From: Candidatus Omnitrophota bacterium
Lineage (GTDB): Bacteria; Omnitrophota; Gorgyraeia; Gygaellales; Profunditerraquicolaceae
Direction: 5' to 3'
Length of the DNA: 64,000 nt
Assembly: GCA_041308845.1 (NCBI GenBank)
Contig: JBFZAT010000059.1
Location: forward strand, 3,378 to 67,377
Below, in pieces: positions 57,461 to 64,000 of the stretch (its first letter is position 1; every line of letters begins with the position of its first letter). The translations under genes and the position numbers were made by a program. The notes under the pieces are model-generated. The model did no database searches. It was not told the DNA's origin and saw nothing but the letters and a program-made list of their open reading frames with translations.

Positions 57461-58723
57461 GTGGAAAATTTAAAAATTGTAGTAGTCGGCGGCGGGCCAA
57501 GCGGCATGATGGCGGCAATCCGGGCAAAGGCTCTGGGCCGGGAGGTAATCCTCCTGGAAAAAAAGAGCGCCCTGGGTAATAAGCTATTGTTAAGCGGCAA
57601 AGGCCGTTGCAATCTTACCAATAACCAAGACCTTCCTGATTTTCTGAAACGTTTCTCCAAAAATGGCGATTTTTTAAGGGATGCTTTTAAACTTTTTTTT
57701 AACCAGGAATTAATTGCGTTTTTCCAAAAACGTGGTTTAAAGCTTAAAATCGAACGTCAGCAGCGGGTCTTCCCGGAAACCGACAATTCAGCTAGTATCC
57801 TTAAGATTCTAGAAAACGAGATGTTTAAGTCTGGAGTAAAGTTGTTCTGTCGCAGTCAAGTTGCGGCTGTTCTGGTTTCCGCCGGAAAGGTTCAAGGGGT
57901 AGGTTTAGAAAATGGGCAGGATATTTCCAGCTCCCGGGTTATTTTGGCTACCGGAGGTGCCAGTTATAGTTTTACCGGTTCGGATGCCTCCGGAATTAAT
58001 ATCGCCAGAAGATTAGGCCATACAATCATTCCTCTGCAGGCCGGTTTAATTCCCTTGGATGTAAAAGAAAAATACGTGCAAAAGTTAGAAGGGTTAGCTC
58101 TACGCAACATCCGGCTTAGGTTTTCGGATGGCTCTCGGGTGATTGACTCAGAGATTGGTGAATTGATTTTTACCTCTAGCGGCATCTCCGGCCCGCTAGT
58201 GATTACTTTAAGCGCTAAGGTCATCGATTTATTAGCGCCTAACAAAAACGTTTTTGTTGACCTAGATTTAAAACCGGCTTTATCCACTCAGCAGCTGGAT
58301 GCCCGTCTATTGCGGGAGTTTAAATTGAATTCTAAAAAGAGTATCAAAAATACGCTCAAAACTCTGCTGCCTTTACGCTTAATTACAGTTTTTAGTCAGG
58401 AGTCCGGAATCGATCCTTTAAAAAAATGCAGCCAGATTACTCAGAAGGAAAGAGAAAAGATTGTTGCTTTATTGAAAGGTTTTCGTTTAGAAATCGCTTG
58501 CGCCCGCCCGTTAGAAGAAGGGATGATTACCCGCGGGGGAGTAAGCTTAAAAGAGATTAATCCGCGCACCATGGAGTCGCGTCTGATTAAGGGGCTGTAT
58601 TTTTGCGGAGAGATGATGGATGTAGATGCAGACACCGGAGGATTTAATCTCCAGGCTGCATTCTCTACTGGATATCTGGCCGGAGAAAGCGCAGCAGTAA
58701 GCTCTACCGTTGGCGGATATTAA
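57461..58723 (+). CDS. HI0933-like FAD-dependent flavoprotein
   Basis: It has the N-terminus VVVGGGPSGMMAAIRA, is 420 aa, and has the HI0933/aminoacetone-oxidase family layout. Confidence 0.65.
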   Translation: MENLKIVVVGGGPSGMMAAIRAKALGREVILLEKKSALGNKLLLSGKGRCNLTNNQDLPDFLKRFSKNGDFLRDAFKLFFNQELIAFFQKRGLKLKIERQQRVFPETDNSASILKILENEMFKSGVKLFCRSQVAAVLVSAGKVQGVGLENGQDISSSRVILATGGASYSFTGSDASGINIARRLGHTIIPLQAGLIPLDVKEKYVQKLEGLALRNIRLRFSDGSRVIDSEIGELIFTSSGISGPLVITLSAKVIDLLAPNKNVFVDLDLKPALSTQQLDARLLREFKLNSKKSIKNTLKTLLPLRLITVFSQESGIDPLKKCSQITQKEREKIVALLKGFRLEIACARPLEEGMITRGGVSLKEINPRTMESRLIKGLYFCGEMMDVDADTGGFNLQAAFSTGYLAGESAAVSSTVGGY

Positions 58724-58735
58724 AAAAAATAAATT

Positions 58736-60073
58736 ATGGAAATTTATTTAGCCTCAAAATCTAAAGCTAGAAAGAAACTCTTAGAGAAATTCGGCCTGAA
58801 ATTCAAAGTCTTACCGGCTAAAGTTAAAGAGCAATCCCGGCGGGGTAATTTATCATATGCTAAGCTTGTCCAGTATAATGCCCGTCAGAAAGCCGAAGCA
58901 GTAGCTGCCCGGCTGCCGGCGGGAATCATTATCGCTGCTGACACTATCTGCGTTCAGGACGGCAAGATCTTCGGCAAACCGAAAAATTTAGTCAATGCTG
59001 CCGGGATGCTTAAGCGATTATCCAGTAAACCGCAATGGCTTTATACCGGCTTGGCAGTGATTAAAAAAACCAGTACTCAGCAGAAACTGATCCTGGATTA
59101 TGAAAAAACTAAAGTTTATATGGATAAATTAAGCCCCCAGCAGATTAGCCGGTATTTTAAACAGGTTTCTCCTCTGGATAAAGCCGGCAGTTTTGATATC
59201 CAGGGTAAGGGGGCATTCTTTATTAAAAAGATCGAAGGTTGTTTCTATAATGTGGTCGGCCTACCTTTAAGAAAACTTTATCGGATTTTTCAGCGCCTGG
59301 GACTCTGGTTAATCCTCTGTACGTTTTTTGGCCTGGCTGGTTGCGCTACGGAATATAATCTGGCCACTAAACAAGAGGAAAAGTATTACTACAGTACGGA
59401 TAAAGAGGTACAGATGGGCCGGTCGATTAACCGCAGAATAGAAAAAGAATTAAAATTTTCCGATGATCTTTTGCAGCAAAAACGCCTGGAGGATATCGGC
59501 AAGAAAATCGCCGCAGTCAGCGACCGCCAGGAAATTGATTACCATTTCCGTGTTTTAGATGATCCAGAAGTTAACGCTGTCTCTTTGCCCGGAGGCTATG
59601 TTTACGTTAATAGCGGATTATTAGATAAGCTAGCTAATGATGATGAGCTGGCCTGTGTTTTAGCCCATGAAATAGGGCATATTGTTGCTCGGCACAGCAT
59701 TAAAAAACTTCAGGCTCTGCAAAGCTACTCTGTTTTAAGGGTGCTGGTGGCGGTGGCACCCGGGTCCGCAGAAGTAGGCAATGCCGCGGACGCTGCTTTT
59801 ACTCAATTTTTATTAGGTTATAGCCGTCAAGATGAGTTGTTAGCCGACCAGCTGGGAGCCCGTTATGCTAAACTGGCAGGTTATAATCCGCAGGGCATGA
59901 TTACTTTTCTGATGAAATTACAGGAGTCTAACCGCCGGATGCCGATTCGGGGGCGGTCCTATTATAAAACTCATCCTTATGTTGCTGATCGGATCAGAGT
60001 AGTTAAGCAGGAATTAAATCAACCGCTTAATTTCGGGGATTATATTAATATCGAACAGCAAACCTATGAATAA
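58736..60073 (+). CDS. maf: Maf nucleotide pyrophosphatase domain fused in-frame to a lipobox/TM segment and an M48-type zinc metallopeptidase domain
   Basis: Residues 1-190 form a Maf fold (IYLASKSKARKKLL...AADTI...GLPL). Next comes LWLILCTFFGLAGC (a lipobox-like LAGC), then HEIGHIVARH (HExxH) with a downstream Glu, typical of M48. Confidence 0.55.
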   Translation: MEIYLASKSKARKKLLEKFGLKFKVLPAKVKEQSRRGNLSYAKLVQYNARQKAEAVAARLPAGIIIAADTICVQDGKIFGKPKNLVNAAGMLKRLSSKPQWLYTGLAVIKKTSTQQKLILDYEKTKVYMDKLSPQQISRYFKQVSPLDKAGSFDIQGKGAFFIKKIEGCFYNVVGLPLRKLYRIFQRLGLWLILCTFFGLAGCATEYNLATKQEEKYYYSTDKEVQMGRSINRRIEKELKFSDDLLQQKRLEDIGKKIAAVSDRQEIDYHFRVLDDPEVNAVSLPGGYVYVNSGLLDKLANDDELACVLAHEIGHIVARHSIKKLQALQSYSVLRVLVAVAPGSAEVGNAADAAFTQFLLGYSRQDELLADQLGARYAKLAGYNPQGMITFLMKLQESNRRMPIRGRSYYKTHPYVADRIRVVKQELNQPLNFGDYINIEQQTYE

Positions 60074-61184
60074 AATATTTTGTTTTTTAGTTTCCAGTTT
60101 ATTAATTGTTTTTAACCTGCAAGCAGCAGAAATCTTGCCTAAGGAAAATATGGAAAATAAAACGCTAGCTTTGAGTAAAGCCAATTTTAATAATCCGTTT
60201 GGAGTTTTAGAATTCTTGCATTGGAACCATGCTTGGAATAATTATAAATATTCACGGGATAGCGAATTAAAGAAAGCTATTGGTTTAATGCAAAACGCCG
60301 GAGTAGGCTGGATAAGATTAGATTTTTTGTGGGAGGATATCGAGCCAAAAGAAGGGGAGTTTGATTTTGCCAAATATGATAATCTGGTTAGGCTGCTCCG
60401 GGATAAAGGAATCCATATTCTAGGCATTTTACATTACAGCGCAACTTGGGCTTCTTCCTGCGGGGAATGGAATTGTGCGCCTAAAGATAATGCCTTATTT
60501 GTTAATTATGCCACTCAAGTGATAAAACGTTATAAGGACCAGGTTAAGCATTGGGAAATCTGGAATGAGCCAGATTCTTCAACTTATTGGAAGCAGCAGG
60601 ATAGCTTGAAATCCTATTGCGGCTTACTCCAAAAAGTTTATTTAGCGGCAAAAAAAATTGATCCGGATTGCAAGATCCTCAACGGTGGAATTGCCAATGG
60701 CCTAGGCAGCATTAACCATCTTTATGATAACGGAGCTAAAGATTATTTTGATATTTTAAATATCCATTATTTCCAAAGCCCTTTATTAGGGAAAAATGCT
60801 GTAAAAGCCGTGGCTAGTTATCCTAAGCTAGCCTATAAAATAATGGCGCGTAATGGGGACGGCGATAAGAAGATATGGATTACAGAAATCGGTTGTCCCG
60901 GGGTCAAGCCGGTGCTGGGCGCGGGTAATTGGTGGATGGGAAAAAATCCCAATGAGGTTGAGCAAGCCGCTTGGGTTAAAGAGGTATATACTGAATTATT
61001 ACAGGATCCCAAAGTAGAAAAGATTTTCTGGGCTTTTTTCCGGGATACAAAAAAACATTGGGATAACGGAGTAGATTATTTTGGTTTAGTGCGCTGGGAT
61101 TATTCAATTAAGCCATCTTTTAAGGCTTACCGGGCCAGTTATCGTCAGTGGCAGAAAAATAAAACTAGAAAAAATAAGCAGTAG
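60066..61184 (+). CDS. Secreted glycoside hydrolase, clan GH-A-like
   Basis: It has a signal peptide, an acid/base motif HWEIWNEPD and a candidate nucleophile ITEIGC. Confidence 0.5.
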   Translation: MNKIFCFLVSSLLIVFNLQAAEILPKENMENKTLALSKANFNNPFGVLEFLHWNHAWNNYKYSRDSELKKAIGLMQNAGVGWIRLDFLWEDIEPKEGEFDFAKYDNLVRLLRDKGIHILGILHYSATWASSCGEWNCAPKDNALFVNYATQVIKRYKDQVKHWEIWNEPDSSTYWKQQDSLKSYCGLLQKVYLAAKKIDPDCKILNGGIANGLGSINHLYDNGAKDYFDILNIHYFQSPLLGKNAVKAVASYPKLAYKIMARNGDGDKKIWITEIGCPGVKPVLGAGNWWMGKNPNEVEQAAWVKEVYTELLQDPKVEKIFWAFFRDTKKHWDNGVDYFGLVRWDYSIKPSFKAYRASYRQWQKNKTRKNKQ

Positions 61185-61210
61185 GTAGCAATGGGTAACT
61201 TTTCCTTGCC

Positions 61211-61270
61211 GGAGGAGTCCCTCCCTGAGGATTTGGTGCGGGAGGAGTCCCTCCCTGAGGATTTGGTGCG
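61211..61270. repeat. Perfect tandem duplication of a 30-bp unit (ggaggagtccctccctgaggatttggtgcg x2) that contains the 3' terminal 14 nt of tRNA-Leu
   Basis: The two copies lie at 61211-61240 and 61241-61270. The reverse complement of each ends in ...ctcctcccgcacca, the tRNA acceptor 3' strand plus CCA. Confidence 0.8.
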
Positions 61271-61347
61271 GGAGGAGGGAGTTGAACCCTCAAGGGTTGC
61301 CCCACACGCTTCTGAGACGTGCGCGTATGCCATTCCGCCACTCCCGC
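61264..61347 (-). tRNA. tRNA-Leu (anticodon CAG) with a long variable arm and encoded CCA
   Basis: The minus-strand sequence is GCGGGAG-TG-GCGG...CACGT-CTCAGAA-GCGTG-TGGGGCAACCCTTGA-GAGGGTTCAACTCCCTC-CTCCCGC-A-CCA. The acceptor stem (7 bp), anticodon stem/loop (anticodon CAG) and T-arm all pair by hand. Confidence 0.75.
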
Positions 61348-61503
61348 AAAAATTAATGAGCGCTTAACTTACGAAGAGAAAGTATGAGTAAGTTAATGTG
61401 TGAACCAAACCCCGCAAGAATTACGGGGGATCTGCAATTAATCAAGTATATCTTAGCCCGTCTTTGCTGTCAATCGGATATCCACTTCTTACTTGGAAAT
61501 GAA

Positions 61504-61532
61504 TTGCGACCGGGTTTTTTTGCTGATATAAT
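61504..61532 (+). promoter_or_regulatory. Sigma70-type promoter upstream of the AEC transporter gene
   Basis: TTGCGA, a 17-nt spacer, then TATAAT. Confidence 0.45.
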
Positions 61533-61579
61533 ATACAATTACAAAAAAGAATGGGTATTAAGCCAGAAGAGAGGAAAAA

Positions 61580-62536
61580 GTGTTTTTAGAACAGTTTAAA
61601 ATTACCGGCTTGGCAATGGTAGAGATCTTTATCCTGGGCGGTTTAGGATATTTTTTGGTCAAAAGAGGCCTGCTTTCTTTAACAGGGCTGGATGCTTTAA
61701 GCCGGTTGCTGATCCAGGTTATTTTTCCGGCCTTTATATTATCCCAGATGCTGCAGAATTTTAGTTTTCAGCTTTATGCCCAGTGGTGGGTCTTCCCTTT
61801 AATTAGCCTATCGATTACCGCTGCGGGTTTAGTGCTAGGCTGGATTTTGTTAAAGTTTGCAAAATTAAAATCGGACCGGTTGCAATTCTTAAGCCTGGTG
61901 GCTTTTCAGAATTCAGGTTATTTGCCTTTGGCCCTAGTGGCTGGGATATTTACCGGCCAGCAAGCCAGCGATATGTTTATTTTTATTTTTTTATTTTTAT
62001 TAGGATTTGATTTGGTAGCTTGGTCATTGGGGATTTATATGCTTACTTATCAGAAGCAGATTAAATTTAAATTCTCTAGTGTCTTTAGCCCACCGGTAAT
62101 TGCTAACCTGGTTAGCCTGGCATTAGTGGCTGTAGGTCTAAATAAGTTGATTCCCCCTGGGGTATTCCGTCCGCTTTCAATGGTGGGTAATTGCACTCTG
62201 CCTTTAGCTATGCTGGTGGTCGGAGGCAACGTCGCTTTGGTGCAATTAAAACAGATTGATAAAAAAACGACTTTTTTATTTTTATTGGGTAAATTAATTA
62301 TTCTGCCGGCCTTAGGAATGGCCCTGGTGTTTAAGCTGGGTTTACCCTATTTATTGGGGTTTTTAATTGTGCTGCAGCTGGCCATGCCTGCGGCTACTTC
62401 TTTATCGGTGATTATCCGTCGCTATAATAAAACTGACCACTTAATCAGCCAAGGGGTATTTTTCAGCCATTTATTGAGCTTGTTAACCATTCCTTTATTT
62501 TTAAGTGTATATTTATACCTGGTTGTGTTAAAATGA
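61580..62536 (+). CDS. AEC family (auxin efflux carrier-like) membrane transporter
   Basis: It has ~10 TM helices in a 5+5 organisation with a central loop, typical of AEC/malate permease family members. Confidence 0.45.
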   Translation: MFLEQFKITGLAMVEIFILGGLGYFLVKRGLLSLTGLDALSRLLIQVIFPAFILSQMLQNFSFQLYAQWWVFPLISLSITAAGLVLGWILLKFAKLKSDRLQFLSLVAFQNSGYLPLALVAGIFTGQQASDMFIFIFLFLLGFDLVAWSLGIYMLTYQKQIKFKFSSVFSPPVIANLVSLALVAVGLNKLIPPGVFRPLSMVGNCTLPLAMLVVGGNVALVQLKQIDKKTTFLFLLGKLIILPALGMALVFKLGLPYLLGFLIVLQLAMPAATSLSVIIRRYNKTDHLISQGVFFSHLLSLLTIPLFLSVYLYLVVLK

Positions 62537-62988
62537 GTACAATTATCGCTACTAACCGTAAAGCTTACCGGGATTATGAGGTCCTGGAATCTTTAGAGTG
62601 CGGGATTGAATTAAAAGGCTCGGAAGTAAAATCTTTACGTGCCGCTAAGATCAATTTAAATGACAGTTTTGCCCGTTTTGAGGGTGATGAAATATTTTTA
62701 TATAACGCCCATATCAGCCATTACGCGCAAGCCAGCTATTTAAATGTTGATCCTGACCGGCAGCGTAAACTACTTTTACATAAGAAGCAGTTGGTTAGAA
62801 TAAGAGGTAAACTTACCCAAAAAGGTTTGACCTTAATTCCGTTAAAGATTTATTTTAATGAACGGGGTTTTGTAAAGATTGATCTTGCTCTTTGCAAAGG
62901 AAAGAAGCTTTACGATAAGCGCGAAGGTATCAGGCGCCGGGAAACCGACCGGGAGCTGCGCAGGATAATAAAAAGTAAACGCCGCTAG
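62533..62988 (+). CDS. smpB: SsrA-binding protein
   Basis: NRKAYRDYEVLESLECGIELKGSEVKSLR and the C-terminal basic tail KRREGIRRRETDRELRRIIKSKRR are canonical SmpB. Confidence 0.9.
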   Translation: MSTIIATNRKAYRDYEVLESLECGIELKGSEVKSLRAAKINLNDSFARFEGDEIFLYNAHISHYAQASYLNVDPDRQRKLLLHKKQLVRIRGKLTQKGLTLIPLKIYFNERGFVKIDLALCKGKKLYDKREGIRRRETDRELRRIIKSKRR

Positions 62989-63041
62989 ACTATCGTCTAT
63001 AGTCTGTTAGACTATCGACCAGTTAGTTCTTTTGAAAACTT

Positions 63042-63448
63042 GGGGGTGAAAGGGTTCGACTTAAGCTATGTCGGATAAGAGCAGCATGCCGCGGAGGTAA
63101 GGTTAGCCGCGTTAACAACCCTTACACAATTTAAACGCAAACACGCAAGTGTCACGTTTAGGAACATTTGTCCAGCCGTCTTTGGCGGCCAGACCGATGT
63201 TCGTACCAGCCTTCGGACTTAATTAAGCCCGAAGCCCCTAACTGTCCTGCCTACGGGATAGATTAGGGCCCAAGTAGGATAGTTCCGGCGGTTAGCCTTC
63301 CAAACCGGGGCGAAATTCTAAAAGGCTGCGCTTTACAAATCCTGCCGGGTAGGAGTTGTAAAGGCTAAGATAAATTACCAGGCTAAGCATGTAGCGGCTT
63401 TTATTTGATTACTTAAGGACCCCGGTTCAATTCCGGGCACCTCCACCA
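63042..63448 (+). ncRNA. ssrA: tmRNA (ssrA)
   Basis: The 5' end GGGGGTGAAAGGGTTCGAC pairs with the 3' end CACCTCCACCA. The 3' T-arm reads GGACCCCGGTTCAATTCCGGG. It lies immediately downstream of smpB and is ~407 nt long. Confidence 0.7.
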
Positions 63449-63450
63449 AT

Positions 63451-63470
63451 CCTGTGCTACCCACAGGATT
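63451..63470 (+). terminator. Hairpin after tmRNA
   Basis: CCTGTGctacccACAGG is followed by ATTTCGC, a weak T-tract. Confidence 0.35.
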
Positions 63471-63504
63471 TCGCTGGATAGAAACTTATTGTGCTCAAAA
63501 TTTT

Positions 63505-64000
63505 ATGAAGATTAATGAACATCTAAAAATATTTCTTGTTGGTATTATTTTGGTTGTTTTGATTGCTGGTTGCGCTACTGTTCCCAGTGGAGAACGGATT
63601 GCTACTTATTCTATTCGGGGAGCAACTTATTATCCTTTGGTTTTGCTGTGTGATTTAGCGGGAGTGCAGATGCGTTATGAGCCACTTTTGCACACCGCTT
63701 TCTTAACTAAAGATAATCAGCAGGTCAGTTTACGGGTGGGCGATGGTCTAGTGTTAGTAAACGCTAACAGCGTGCAGTTGAACTCTCCGATAGATTTATA
63801 TCAAGGGACCATTGCAGTGCCCCGGCAGTTTAAAGAGCAGATTTTTGACCGGTTATTTAAACCGGAGGTTACCACGCCCCGGCATACCGGAGTAGCTAAA
63901 ATTAAATTAAATAAAATAGTGATCGATGCCGGCCACGGGGGCAATGACCCCGGGGCGGTAGGTAGATCCGGCCTAAAAGAAAAAAACGTAAATCTGGATA
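63505..64000 (+). CDS. N-acetylmuramoyl-L-alanine amidase (Amidase_3 family) lipoprotein, 3'-partial
   Basis: It has a lipoprotein signal LVVLIAGC and the amidase_3 motif VIDAGHGGNDPGAVG. The ORF runs off the window end. Confidence 0.65.
   Translation, partial: MKINEHLKIFLVGIILVVLIAGCATVPSGERIATYSIRGATYYPLVLLCDLAGVQMRYEPLLHTAFLTKDNQQVSLRVGDGLVLVNANSVQLNSPIDLYQGTIAVPRQFKEQIFDRLFKPEVTTPRHTGVAKIKLNKIVIDAGHGGNDPGAVGRSGLKEKNVNLD

Noticed and set aside
61211-61270. The 30-bp tandem repeat considered as a mini CRISPR array
   Set aside because: It has only two perfectly identical, directly abutting units with no unique spacers, and there are no cas genes nearby. It derives from the tRNA 3' end.
61145-61333. 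A 62-aa minus-strand ORF with a repeated SSGRDSSRTKSSGRDSS peptide
   Set aside because: Its internal peptide repeat is simply the translation of the 30-bp tandem DNA repeat, and it overlaps the tRNA-Leu. It is an artefact of the repeat, not a gene.
60066-61347. A genomic island integrated at tRNA-Leu
   Set aside because: No integrase, recombinase or phage genes lie on either side of the tRNA. The flanking genes are housekeeping or transporter genes, and the duplicated tRNA end is immediately adjacent rather than kilobases away.
61384-61599. A 71-aa plus-strand ORF between tRNA-Leu and the AEC transporter gene
   Set aside because: It spans the predicted TTGCGA-17-TATAAT promoter and a hairpin, has no motifs and is Cys-rich. 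It is more likely non-coding leader sequence.

Overview
This is a gene-dense, mostly plus-strand window with a low-GC bias, from a diderm bacterium (it carries Lpt, Lol and Mla genes); protein divergence is consistent with a candidate-phylum lineage. The most unusual region is the first ~16 kb. It holds a divergent F-type ATPase gene set in the order epsilon, c, b-delta fusion, alpha, gamma, beta. This set has no a-subunit gene, and its c-subunit contains no acidic residue. Its first gene (truncated epsilon) overlaps, by a TAATG junction, the end of a >717-aa unknown protein that has a C-terminal membrane anchor. Only 27 nt after the beta gene comes a T2SS-like cluster (gspE F G H/I J K L M). 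Its GspE/PilB ATPase has a C-terminal PilZ domain; an MA-clan metallopeptidase-like gene lies between gspF and gspG, and no secretin or prepilin peptidase gene is present. The next ~8 kb carry a terpenoid/carotenoid-type cluster: a CrtI-like desaturase with no canonical start codon, ispH, crtB, two lycopene-cyclase-domain half proteins, a GGPP synthase and an NDH-2-like flavoprotein. The remainder is housekeeping: lysS, lolCD, ilvE, mcsA-mcsB-clpC without ctsR, mlaEFD, radA, ispDF, cysES, tmk-holB-PSP1-metG-tatD, mtnA, thiL, tsaEB, alr, lptFG, comF and pyrE. Also present are a Maf-M48 protease fusion, a tRNA-Leu(CAG) flanked by a 30-bp tandem duplication of its own 3' end, and smpB followed by tmRNA. 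All calls rest on motif-level reading of the ORF translations; no database search was run.
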